This document shows, piece by piece, positions 10,468-20,724 of a stretch of DNA of 64,000 nucleotides. Within the stretch, counting starts at the first letter, position 1. The number at the start of each line of letters is the position of its first letter. Position numbers and translations under genes: made by a program. Source of the stretch: Flavobacteriales bacterium (lineage in GTDB: Bacteria; Bacteroidota; Bacteroidia; CAIKAF01); contig JBQVOK010000006.1 of assembly GCA_052437175.1 (NCBI GenBank), positions 75,066 through 139,065 on the forward strand, read 5' to 3'. Below the pieces are notes generated by a model, which was not told where the DNA came from, did no database searches, and saw only the letters and a program-made list of their open reading frames with translations.

Positions 10468-10845
10468 TTATGCTTTGGGAGGGTGGAAGATCGGGGCCGG
10501 ACTGGTAAAACTAAAACGTTCGAGGTAGGGAATGTGTGTCACGTGTAGCAGGTGCTGCGTACATTCGGGGGCCTTAAACGCGCCCGCGGGCAGGAACACC
10601 AGCTTCAGCAGTACGGAATGTTCCAGGCTTTTAAAGGGGAGCTGGGCATCTTTCTGGTAATCGTTATCGGCATCTCCGCTCTCCTGGTAGTGCATTTCCA
10701 GGAAACGACCCATGTCTAAGGACGGGTCCTGCTGCCTGTGTTCGGAATAATGCACGAAAAGCAGGGGTACCTGCAATACCTCACCCAGCGGCGAAAAGGC
10801 CACCAGGAACAGGATAAGTCCTATGAAGGCAAAACGGCTTTTCAT
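10468..10845 (-). CDS. hypothetical small exported/membrane-anchored protein, His/Asp/Glu-rich, encoded immediately 5' of the RND pump
   Basis: 125 aa with a hydrophobic N-terminus (FAFIGLILFLVAF) and His-containing motifs (HYSEHRQQD, EMHYQESGDADNDYQKD, HLLHVTHIPY). It is 70 nt upstream of the czcA-like gene in the same orientation. I recognise no homolog. Confidence 0.4.
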   Translation of the reverse strand: MKSRFAFIGLILFLVAFSPLGEVLQVPLLFVHYSEHRQQDPSLDMGRFLEMHYQESGDADNDYQKDAQLPFKSLEHSVLLKLVFLPAGAFKAPECTQHLLHVTHIPYLERFSFTSPAPIFHPPKA

Positions 10846-10932
10846 ACAGAATTCGGTACAAAGGTAGACTATTTACAGATGCAAAATGTTAGGAAAACAC
10901 AAACTTTCTTACGACACTTTCGTATAAATAAT

Positions 10933-10940
10933 TAACTTTG
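10933..10940 (+). promoter_or_regulatory. Bacteroidota -7 promoter motif (TAnnTTTG) upstream of the T9SS type-B gene
   Basis: 'TAACTTTG' ends 18 nt before the ATG at 10958, in a divergent intergenic region. Confidence 0.4.
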
Positions 10941-10957
10941 ATTAACAAATCAGGCTT

Positions 10958-13900
10958 ATGAGGAGAATTCTCCCCTTACTCGCGTTTCTATCCCTCTTTG
11001 TAATGAGCGCCCTGGCCCATGACGGACACCCTGCGTACCCTTTTATTCAGAATAAGGGACAGTGGGTCGCGCCCGTATTGTACAAGGCCGACCTGCCGGG
11101 CGGAAATATGTGGATCGAACCACAGGGCATCAGTTACGGCTTTTTTGACCATGCCAAACTGGCGGCCATCCACGATCATTTCGAAGGCCACGAAGGGCTT
11201 GCACGTACCCCCGAAATACGTGCTCATGCGCTGCGCATACGCCTGCTGGGTTCCGATCCCCTGGCCGAATACACACAGGAACACGCTTCGGTAAGTTACA
11301 ACAACTACTTTTTGGGTACAGATCCCTCGCGCTGGGCTACGGACGTATATGCCTACGGCGAAGTGCGCGGTAAAAATATTTATCCCGGCATCGACGTGCT
11401 GTATAAGCAGGACGAGGGTTTCCTGAAATACGAATTTGTAGTGGCCCCGGGGGCCGATCCCGCCCGGATAGCCATGCAGTACCAGGGCCAGGAACAGATG
11501 TACATTGATGAACTGGGCAACCTGAACGTAAAAACCTCGCTGAACCTGGTAAAGGAAATGCGGCCTTTTATCTACCAGCTGCGCAACGGTGATACGCTGG
11601 CGGTGCCCGGCCGTTTTGAGCTGCGGGAGAACATTGTACGCTTTGTGCTGGATGCCGCATACGATAAGAACCTGCCCCTGGTGATCGACCCGGTGCTGAT
11701 CTTCAGTACCTATTCGGGCTCCACAGCCGATAATTTCGGGTTTACGGCCACTTACGACAGCAAAGGCTACCTCTATTCCGGCGGTAACGTGTTTGCCCTG
11801 GGCTACCCGACCACGCCCGGCGCTTACCAGGTAACTTACGGCGGTGGAAATATAGACGTGGCCATCACCAAATACGATATTACGGGTACTTTCCTTATTT
11901 TTTCCACCTACCTGGGCGGCAACGGTTCGGAAATACCGCACAGCCTGGTGGTGAACAACTACGATGAACTTTTTGTGTTCGGCACTACGGGATCGAACAA
12001 TTTCCCCACGTCGTCCAATGCGTTCGACAAGACCTTTAACGGGGGCACCAGCGTTACAGGGACCGGCATGGGTTTTGTATACCCCTCGGGCTGCGATATT
12101 TTTGTAACGCGCTTTAACCAGACCGGAACGGGCCTGCTGGCTTCCACCTACCTGGGGGGCACCGGTAACGACGGGCTGAACCTGGCCGGCGGCCTCAAGC
12201 ACAATTATGCCGATGATGCCCGCGGAGAGATCGACATCGATAACTCGAACTACATCTACCTGGCCACCACCACGTCTTCCTCTAATTTCCCCGGCACTTC
12301 CGGCGGGTTCCAGTCTTCGTACGGGGGCGGTACACAGGACGGTATCGTGATCAAGATGGACAACGGGCTCACCAGCCTGCTCTGGTCTTCGTACATCGGG
12401 GGCTCAGGCGCAGATGCCATTTATTCCCTGGCCCTGAGCAACAACAACATTATCATTGCCGGCGGTACCAATTCGGCCAATTTCCCGGCCAACGGCGCGG
12501 CTTTCAATACGCCTTCGGGTGGTGTGGACGGTTTTGTGGCGCGCATCAACGCTACGGGCAGCACACTGATAAAAGCATCGCTGTACGGCACTTCTCAGTA
12601 CGACCAGATCTACTTTGTAGAAGCCGATAAGAACGACCATATCTTTGTGCTGGGGCAGACGGACCACAGCGCGGGATTCTATTTCAACAACGCCATTTAC
12701 GGCAACCCGGCGGGGAACCAGTTCATCACCAAATTCAAGCCCGGGCTTGACCAGGTGGAGTGGAGCACGGCCTTTGGCAACGGCAACGGGCACCCGGATA
12801 TCTCGCCCTCGGCCTTCCTGGTTGACGTGTGTAACAAAATTTACATCTCCGGCTGGGGCGGAACCGTGAACGGCGGATTTATTCCCGGCAGCACGGTAAG
12901 CGGGCTGGACATTACGCCCGGCGCCTACCAGAGCAGCACTACCGGCAGCGATTTTTACCTGATGGTGATGGAGGACAATGCCTCTTCGCTTACGTATTCT
13001 ACGTTCTTTGGCGGACCTACCTCGGCCGAACACGTGGACGGCGGTACCAGCCGTTTTAACCGTAAGGGCGAAATTTACCAGAGCGTATGTGCAGGTTGCG
13101 GAGCGCACAGCGACTTCCCGATATTCCCGTCCAATGCCTGGAGTCCTACGAACAACAGCCTCAACTGCAACAACGGGGTATTTAAGTTCAAGTTCGATTT
13201 CCCGATGACCGTGGCCGATTTCGATATTCCGCCTTCGGGCTGCGCACCGGTGAACATGAGTTTTGTAAACCTGAGCGAGGGTGCTACCTCGTACCAGTGG
13301 AGTGTTTCGGACGGACAAACCTCTACGGCGGCCAATCCTACCTTTACGTTTAGCAATTCCGGCGTATACCAGGTAACCCTTTATGCCCTGAACGGCAGCG
13401 GAACCACCTGCAACCCGGTAGACAGCATTACCAAACAGGTGGTGGTACTGGGTAACAATGCCCAGGACCTGCCCACTATGGCCACCTGCGAAAGTACGCC
13501 CTTCGAGATCGGTATGCCGCCTTCCGGAGTAGGCGGGGTCACCTACCAGTGGCTGCCTTCCACCGGTCTTTCAGACCCTACGGTGAGCAATCCTATTTTT
13601 AATCCTTCGGCCGGAACGCAGACCTATCAGCTGATCATTGCCAACAGCGCCTGCTCCGATACCATTGCACAGACCGTGACCGTAGACCCGCTGCAGAACA
13701 TACAGTTCAGCGATACGCTGGTATGCGAAGGCACCGTGGTGAACATAGGCAGCAATAACCTGCCGCCGGCGTATACCTATCAATGGATACCCCCCACGGG
13801 GCTCAGCAACCCGAATATGGCCAACCCCACCTACACGGCGGTGGCTCCGGCTTCCTTTAAACTGGTGTACACCTACCTTACCTGCAGCGATACGGCCCAG

Positions 13901-14914
13901 CGCAATATAGCTGTACTTACGCCGGATGCTTTTAGTATGAACGATACGTCCATCTGCTCCGGGGATACGATACAGATACATGAAATTCCGGCCTTCCCGG
14001 GAGTTACATATCAGTGGTTCCCTTCGGCTCAGGTCAGCGACGATACCCTGGCCGATCCGCAGGTTTGGGCCGATACCACCACGCTTTTTACCTGTGTTAT
14101 TTCCAACGGCATTTGCCTGGATACGGTAAGCAAACTGGTAAATATTTTTGCCATATCTGCCGTTGCGGGCGACGATACCGTTATCTGCAAGGGCGATACG
14201 GTGGGCATCGGCTTTCCGCCCCAGAACGGTTACGTATACAGCTGGACGCCTTCTTCCAGCCTGAGCAACGACAGCATTTCCAATCCGCTGGCTTTTCCGC
14301 TGAGCAACACGACCTACGTACTTTCGGTAAGCCTGCAGAACGGAGGGCAATGCGCTGCCTACGATACGGTGAACATAAACATCAAGGATTTCGGCATTCC
14401 GCCCTATGGTTTTACCAGCGGGCCATCCTGCTACGGCCTTATCGTTACGCCCGACCTGGTGGGAAATCCCGCGTACCAGTATTACTGGAACGTACAGCCG
14501 GGCGGGATTTACGACGGACAGAACCCCAGCTTCCTGATCCCGTATAAAGACACGGCCTATATTTCACTGGTGGTTTCAGACGGTATCTGTAAGGACAGTG
14601 TTACCGTTGCACAGACGATCGGGGCCTTCGGCGATTATTACGACAATAACAAAGTGCCCAATGTATTTACCCCGAACGAAGACGGCATGAACGAATGTTT
14701 TGGTCCGGGTAACCTGGATCCGTCCTGCTACCGCTTATATGTATACAACCGCTGGGGCCAGCTGTATTTCGACTCCGAGAAAGCCGGTGCCGAATGCTGG
14801 AACGGTCGTTCCATGAACAAGGGCGAAATAGCTTCGGAAGGCGTATATTACTGGATACTGGAAATAGCGCTGGACGAATACCATGGTACCGTTCACCTGT
14901 TCACAAAGAAATAA
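10958..14914 (+). CDS. T9SS type-B cargo protein (gliding-motility-associated C-terminal domain) with SBBP beta-propeller repeats and tandem ~77-aa Cys-containing repeats
   Basis: Signal peptide MRRILPLLAFLSLFVMSALA. SBBP-like repeats ('YLGGNGSE', 'YLGGTGND', 'YIGGSGAD'). Four tandem repeats containing 'Y.W.P..GLS....NP' and 'C.GDT'. C-terminal 'VFTPNEDGMNECF...YVYNRWGQLYF' matches the T9SS type-B CTD (TIGR04131-like). Confidence 0.8.
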   Translation: MRRILPLLAFLSLFVMSALAHDGHPAYPFIQNKGQWVAPVLYKADLPGGNMWIEPQGISYGFFDHAKLAAIHDHFEGHEGLARTPEIRAHALRIRLLGSDPLAEYTQEHASVSYNNYFLGTDPSRWATDVYAYGEVRGKNIYPGIDVLYKQDEGFLKYEFVVAPGADPARIAMQYQGQEQMYIDELGNLNVKTSLNLVKEMRPFIYQLRNGDTLAVPGRFELRENIVRFVLDAAYDKNLPLVIDPVLIFSTYSGSTADNFGFTATYDSKGYLYSGGNVFALGYPTTPGAYQVTYGGGNIDVAITKYDITGTFLIFSTYLGGNGSEIPHSLVVNNYDELFVFGTTGSNNFPTSSNAFDKTFNGGTSVTGTGMGFVYPSGCDIFVTRFNQTGTGLLASTYLGGTGNDGLNLAGGLKHNYADDARGEIDIDNSNYIYLATTTSSSNFPGTSGGFQSSYGGGTQDGIVIKMDNGLTSLLWSSYIGGSGADAIYSLALSNNNIIIAGGTNSANFPANGAAFNTPSGGVDGFVARINATGSTLIKASLYGTSQYDQIYFVEADKNDHIFVLGQTDHSAGFYFNNAIYGNPAGNQFITKFKPGLDQVEWSTAFGNGNGHPDISPSAFLVDVCNKIYISGWGGTVNGGFIPGSTVSGLDITPGAYQSSTTGSDFYLMVMEDNASSLTYSTFFGGPTSAEHVDGGTSRFNRKGEIYQSVCAGCGAHSDFPIFPSNAWSPTNNSLNCNNGVFKFKFDFPMTVADFDIPPSGCAPVNMSFVNLSEGATSYQWSVSDGQTSTAANPTFTFSNSGVYQVTLYALNGSGTTCNPVDSITKQVVVLGNNAQDLPTMATCESTPFEIGMPPSGVGGVTYQWLPSTGLSDPTVSNPIFNPSAGTQTYQLIIANSACSDTIAQTVTVDPLQNIQFSDTLVCEGTVVNIGSNNLPPAYTYQWIPPTGLSNPNMANPTYTAVAPASFKLVYTYLTCSDTAQRNIAVLTPDAFSMNDTSICSGDTIQIHEIPAFPGVTYQWFPSAQVSDDTLADPQVWADTTTLFTCVISNGICLDTVSKLVNIFAISAVAGDDTVICKGDTVGIGFPPQNGYVYSWTPSSSLSNDSISNPLAFPLSNTTYVLSVSLQNGGQCAAYDTVNINIKDFGIPPYGFTSGPSCYGLIVTPDLVGNPAYQYYWNVQPGGIYDGQNPSFLIPYKDTAYISLVVSDGICKDSVTVAQTIGAFGDYYDNNKVPNVFTPNEDGMNECFGPGNLDPSCYRLYVYNRWGQLYFDSEKAGAECWNGRSMNKGEIASEGVYYWILEIALDEYHGTVHLFTKK
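13540..14400 (+). repeat. four tandem ~230-bp (~77-aa) coding repeats inside the T9SS type-B gene
   Basis: Repeat units start near 13542, 13771, 14008 and 14232. Each encodes 'TYQW(L/I/F)P..GLS....NP' followed by a 'C.GDT(V/I).IG' segment. They are protein-level repeats with a diverged DNA sequence. Confidence 0.6.
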
Positions 14915-14917
14915 ACG

Positions 14918-14934
14918 ATATATATATATATATA
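14918..14934. repeat. (AT)8-9 dinucleotide microsatellite
   Basis: 'atatatatatatatata' lies directly after the stop codon of the type-B cargo gene, between convergent genes. Confidence 0.9.
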
Positions 14935-14935
14935 C

Positions 14936-14975
14936 TAAAAAAGCCGCCTCGCACGAACGAGACGGCTTTTTACTG
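14936..14975. terminator. bidirectional rho-independent terminator between convergent T9SS cargo genes
   Basis: A-run, then hairpin agccgcctcg-cacgaa-cgagacggct (one mismatch), then T5. Confidence 0.6.
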
Positions 14976-15021
14976 TTATTGATACCTAATGGATAGTGCA
15001 CGGAGGGTGGGTAAGAATACC

Positions 15022-16374
15022 CTATAACTTTATAAAACGTGCGGTAAATGTTTTCTTTTGCGTACCGGCTTTAAGGATATACGTACCGCGTGCCAGTGAT
15101 TGTACCGGTATTCCGCCGCCGTTGTAGGCATTGATCTGCAGTACGGTCTTGCCTGTGATATCCATGATCTGCACCTGCTGCAGTGTTTGGCCCTCAGCTT
15201 TCAGGTTCAGTACATCGCTTACCGGGTTGGGCCATAAAGAAAGACCCGCCTGCGCACTTTCTTCGTTCAGTCCGGCATATTCCACCACACAGTACGAAAT
15301 GGTTCCCTGGAAATTACGGGGCAGGTTGTTGGGGGTAAAGGCCGCATCGGCACCGGTACCGGTTTTGATCTGTATCAGTGTATCGTTATAAATAACATCG
15401 CCGGCCGTGGTGCCATTGTTGTAGCTTATAAATCCCACGTTGCGGAACACAATATGGAAGGCCTGGGTGCTATTGGAGGGGATGACCACCGACATACTGT
15501 CCAGTACGGCTTCGGGTGCATTGGGAATGGGAAAGCTGATGAAGGCAGAATCCACCAGGGTCCAGGCGGCGGGAGTGGTCTCACTGCCTGCATAGGTTCC
15601 GGGGCGTGTATATACGCGCAGCATGTCACCGGAAGGCAGGTCCATATCGGCAAAGATGTTCTCGATGCGGATGTCTTTCGATTTGGCCGTAACATCAAAG
15701 AAGATACCATAATTGCTGTTATCATCGCCAAAGGTGGTCATAGCGCTGTCGCAGGCAAGTTCGGTCTGCTGGCAGTAGTGAATTTTACCGGCAAAGTTGC
15801 GGGGAGTGAATACAGTACCAAAAATACTGTTGAGACCCACACCCTCATAGAAGATGAGATCGTTGTTCTGCGAGTAAATGGCGCCTTCGGTGGTGCCGTT
15901 CAGGTAATCCACATCCACCGTGCTTGTACCTACAATATAGTAAGACATTTCCGCACCCGCTGAAAGAAAGTTCCCGGCATATACGGGGATAAACACATCC
16001 TGGCCGGTCTGCGGAGTTACAAAGGCACTGTCGATCAGGGTCCAGGCAGCAGGGAATGTTTCTGAACCGCTGTAACTGCCATTTTTGCGGTAAATGCGCA
16101 CATAACCCGAACTTCCGGCCAGCCGGGCGGAAAAGCCGGATATCACCAGGTTGGTTTTGGCCCGGAGGCGGAACATAACGCCGTCGTTCCCGTTATCGGT
16201 TGTGGCGGCCGCTGTTAAAGAATAGCCGCAGTGTTCGCCATAGCTGAGTGCTTTTTCAGGAAAAGGGGAGGCGCTAAGGGTACTTTGCGGATGTAAGGGA
16301 GCATCCTGGGTTTGTGCCATCATGCCCGTCAGGGACAGGGACACTGCAGAGACAAAAAGTAAAAACTGTTTCAT
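15022..16374 (-). CDS. T9SS type-A cargo protein with an internally duplicated ~190-aa domain
   Basis: Signal peptide MKQFLLFVSAVSLSLTGMMAQ. Two homologous segments ('RIYRKNGSYSGSETFPAAWTLIDSAF' and 'RVYTRPGTYAGSETTPAAWTLVDSAF'). C-terminal 'LWPNPVSDVLNL...GTYILKAGTQKKTFTARFIKL' is a Por secretion tail. Confidence 0.75.
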   Translation of the reverse strand: MKQFLLFVSAVSLSLTGMMAQTQDAPLHPQSTLSASPFPEKALSYGEHCGYSLTAAATTDNGNDGVMFRLRAKTNLVISGFSARLAGSSGYVRIYRKNGSYSGSETFPAAWTLIDSAFVTPQTGQDVFIPVYAGNFLSAGAEMSYYIVGTSTVDVDYLNGTTEGAIYSQNNDLIFYEGVGLNSIFGTVFTPRNFAGKIHYCQQTELACDSAMTTFGDDNSNYGIFFDVTAKSKDIRIENIFADMDLPSGDMLRVYTRPGTYAGSETTPAAWTLVDSAFISFPIPNAPEAVLDSMSVVIPSNSTQAFHIVFRNVGFISYNNGTTAGDVIYNDTLIQIKTGTGADAAFTPNNLPRNFQGTISYCVVEYAGLNEESAQAGLSLWPNPVSDVLNLKAEGQTLQQVQIMDITGKTVLQINAYNGGGIPVQSLARGTYILKAGTQKKTFTARFIKL

Positions 16375-16611
16375 AGTTGCGAGTTATTTTGACTGCAAAA
16401 TTCGAACGAAGTACCTTAGTCTAAAAGTTGATTATGCGTACCGGTGTGTAATGTTTTTGTATTTATTTTTTATTTTTTATTATGATATTCAGTATATTAT
16501 GTTGATTTTTGTGATATAATCAGAGCCCCGGACGCGATCGTAATTTTCGTATATAAACAAGCTTCGGCCTGCCGAACAAAATGGCTACCTTCGTGTTATT
16601 GTAGCTGACGT

Positions 16612-17619
16612 ATGGAATTTATTGAAAACAGATGGTATCCCGCCTGCCTCAACGAAGAACTGGACCGGCAGAACCCGCTCCCCAAAAAAATACTGGGCCG
16701 GGACCTGGTGGTGTTCCGCAATGCTTCGGGTAAGATCGGGATCACGGAAGACCGCTGCTGTCACCGCAATGTAAACCTGAGCCTGGGCTATATCGACGGC
16801 GAGCATATACGTTGTGCCTATCACGGCTGGGCCTATGACACCGGGGGCGCCTGCGTGGAAATTCCCTCGCTGCCCGATGATAAGCCCATTCCGGCCGTAT
16901 GCCGCGTACAGGCGTACCTGACCCGGCAGCAATACAACATTACCTGGGTGTGGATCGGGGACGAGGCCCTGGCAGGATCAACAGCACTGCCTGTTATGCC
17001 CGAAATGGAAACATGGCCGCGTGTATACAATTACCATACCTTCGAGGCCGACCTGAAGCTCGTGGCCGAAAGCCTTATCGATGCCTATCACATCAACCAC
17101 GTGCACCGGAACAGCATCGGTACCTTTATGGGAAACCTGTATGCCGGGCAGGTCGATTTTAATATCCGCAAGGGGCCCGACTGGCTCAGCGGCACCTACC
17201 TGCGCGAGAATGCCGGTACTTTTTTCGAAAAGCTGTACTTCGGTTTTCAACCGCAGATCACCACGCATTTTGGCTTCTGGTTCCCGCATACGTCCAAGCT
17301 GGATATCGCTTTCCCGAAACGGCGTATGGTCATTTACGAGTTCTATTACCCGGTAGACGAAAAGCATATTTCTATGTGCCAGGTGACGCTCTGGGACAAT
17401 ATTTTCCGCACGTTACCGCCCTTTGCCCGCTGGTTTATGTTACGTAAATCGTTACGTATCGTGGAAGAAGACCTGGTATTTCTTGAAAACAGTAAAAAGG
17501 TAAAAGAGGCTACCGGACACAACGATCTGCTGGTAACACCTTCTGATGAGGTCACCTTTGAATTTACCCGCATCTGGAACGCAAACACAAAAAAAAATGA
17601 AGACACTGCTGCGGAATAA
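16612..17619 (+). CDS. Rieske [2Fe-2S] non-heme iron oxygenase (VanA/PaO/KshA-like alpha subunit)
   Basis: Rieske motif 'CCHRNVNLSLGYIDGEHIRCAYHGW' (CxH...CxxH). Mononuclear iron motif 'ESLIDAYHINHVH' (E-x3-D-x2-H-x4-H). At 335 aa it is the short VanA-like type. Confidence 0.8.
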   Translation: MEFIENRWYPACLNEELDRQNPLPKKILGRDLVVFRNASGKIGITEDRCCHRNVNLSLGYIDGEHIRCAYHGWAYDTGGACVEIPSLPDDKPIPAVCRVQAYLTRQQYNITWVWIGDEALAGSTALPVMPEMETWPRVYNYHTFEADLKLVAESLIDAYHINHVHRNSIGTFMGNLYAGQVDFNIRKGPDWLSGTYLRENAGTFFEKLYFGFQPQITTHFGFWFPHTSKLDIAFPKRRMVIYEFYYPVDEKHISMCQVTLWDNIFRTLPPFARWFMLRKSLRIVEEDLVFLENSKKVKEATGHNDLLVTPSDEVTFEFTRIWNANTKKNEDTAAE

Positions 17620-19093
17620 AATACGCTCCAAACTAAAAAATTATAAAGTTCCGCTGAATACACCCGATCCTTCGGCACCACGGATGCTTTCCGGCGAAAA
17701 ACGTGTGGCCGTAGCCGGAGCCGGAATTGCAGGTATGGTGGCCGCACTTTCCCTGGCCGAAAGAGGTTTCCGGGTAACCCTGTTCGAAAAAGCGTCCTAT
17801 CTCGGTGGCAAGATCGGCAGCTGGACCTTTGAGAGCGGGGGAGAGACCCTGCGTACCACGCATGGTTTCCACGCGTTCTTTAACCAGTATTACAACCTGC
17901 TGGCCCTGATGCAGCGCCTGGAACTGGACAGGAACCTGGTAGAGATCGACGACTACGTAGTGCTGTTCAATGAACACGAAAAACAGCATTTTAAAGGCAT
18001 AGACCCCACGCCGGTGTTCAATATCCTGGACCTGCGCAAACGCGGTGTATTTAATGTGCTTACGCTTATCAACCCGCTCAGCATTCCCCTGCTGCAGCTG
18101 CTGCGTTACAACCCGGATACCACCTTCCGCCGCTACGATAAGGAGAGTTTTACCCGTTTTGCCCGCCGTACCCTGATGCCACGAAAAATGCGGGTGGTGT
18201 TCAATTCCTTTGCCCGTGCCTTTTTTGCCGAACCGCATAAAATGAGCATGGCCGAACTGATGAAAAGCTTTCACTTTTACTTTCTCAGCAATGAAGGCGG
18301 GCTCCTGTACAAAAGCCTGAACGACGATTTTGAATATACCTTCCTGCGGCCTTTTGAGCAGCGCCTGAAGGCCCTGGGTGTGGACATACGTATGCAGACT
18401 CCGCTGGAATCACTTCAGAAAACAGAACAGGGTTTCCGCCTGAACGGAGAAGATTTTGATTACTGCATCCTGGCCACCGACGTAAAAGGTACGTCGGCCC
18501 TGCTGCAACAGGCAGAGGGACTGGAACCCGCGGACGCACAGCAGCTGGCCTCCCTGAAAGCCACCGACCGTTATGCCGTGTACCGCATCTGGACCGACCG
18601 TTTCGAAGGCCGGGAAACGCCCTATTTTGTAATGACCGACAAGCGGCGCGCCCTGGACAGTATTACCTTTTTTCACCTGCTGGAAAAAGAAAGCGCCGAA
18701 TGGAGCCGGGTGCACGGAGGCGGTATCTTTGAACTGCATTCCTACTCACTGCCCGACGACCTGCGCGATGAACAGGAGATACGCCGGGCCCTGCTGGATG
18801 AATTCTACATCTATTTCCCCGAACTGAAAGGTTTGCGTATTGTGCATGAGTATTTCCAGCACCGCGACGATTTTCCGGCCTTTCATACCGGGCAGCACGC
18901 GCTGCGTCCGTCCGTGTGCATGCAAACGCCGGGCCTGTACTGCGCCGGTGACTGGGTGCGTATGCGTACGCCGGTAATGCTCATGGAAGCCGCCTGTACC
19001 AGTGCCCAGCTGGCGGCCAATGAGATACTGCGGCAGAACGGTTTGCAGGAGACCGCGCTTTTCGGGGTGCCCGAAAAAGGTCTTCTTGCCTGA
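17597..19093 (+). CDS. FAD-dependent oxidoreductase, amine-oxidase/phytoene-desaturase (CrtI/HpnE-like) superfamily
   Basis: Rossmann dinucleotide motif 'VAVAGAGIAGMVAALSLAERGFRVTLFEK' and a C-terminal 'YCAGDWV' FAD-contact motif. The ATG at 17597 overlaps the Rieske gene's 3' end by 23 nt. The six-frame track start at 17546 is an in-frame upstream alternative. Confidence 0.75.
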   Translation: MKTLLRNKIRSKLKNYKVPLNTPDPSAPRMLSGEKRVAVAGAGIAGMVAALSLAERGFRVTLFEKASYLGGKIGSWTFESGGETLRTTHGFHAFFNQYYNLLALMQRLELDRNLVEIDDYVVLFNEHEKQHFKGIDPTPVFNILDLRKRGVFNVLTLINPLSIPLLQLLRYNPDTTFRRYDKESFTRFARRTLMPRKMRVVFNSFARAFFAEPHKMSMAELMKSFHFYFLSNEGGLLYKSLNDDFEYTFLRPFEQRLKALGVDIRMQTPLESLQKTEQGFRLNGEDFDYCILATDVKGTSALLQQAEGLEPADAQQLASLKATDRYAVYRIWTDRFEGRETPYFVMTDKRRALDSITFFHLLEKESAEWSRVHGGGIFELHSYSLPDDLRDEQEIRRALLDEFYIYFPELKGLRIVHEYFQHRDDFPAFHTGQHALRPSVCMQTPGLYCAGDWVRMRTPVMLMEAACTSAQLAANEILRQNGLQETALFGVPEKGLLA

Positions 19094-19190
19094 ATATCAG
19101 CTTCTGAATGAGTGGCGTTGTAAGGCCGAAAAGCTAAAAAAAACGAGTTGTTAACCTTGTGCTAAAAGCCCTGTGGTTTCGCGATCTTTT

Positions 19191-19198
19191 TTATCTTT
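19191..19198 (+). promoter_or_regulatory. Bacteroidota -7 promoter motif (TAnnTTTG) upstream of guaB
   Basis: 'TATCTTTG' ends 23 nt before the guaB ATG at 19222. Confidence 0.4.
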
Positions 19199-19215
19199 GC
19201 CCAATTTTTCTATAA

Positions 19216-20700
<1,485 letters not shown>

Positions 20701-20724
20701 AAACTATCTGAATCTATAAACACA

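Noticed and set aside
10988-12202. 404-aa minus-strand ORF inside the T9SS type-B cargo gene
   Set aside because: Shadow ORF. The plus-strand frame has coherent SBBP repeats, a signal peptide and a CTD; the minus-strand product is low-complexity and Arg/Gly/Val-rich.
14918-14934. (AT)n tract as a phase-variable promoter switch
   Set aside because: It lies 3' of both convergent genes next to a terminator, not in a promoter or coding region, so a regulatory switch role is unlikely.
16322-16519. 65-aa ORF in the AT-rich divergent intergenic region
   Set aside because: It lies entirely in a ~20% GC tract and its product is Ile/Phe/Tyr-rich as dictated by the AT content. It is far more likely a promoter/UP region than a gene.
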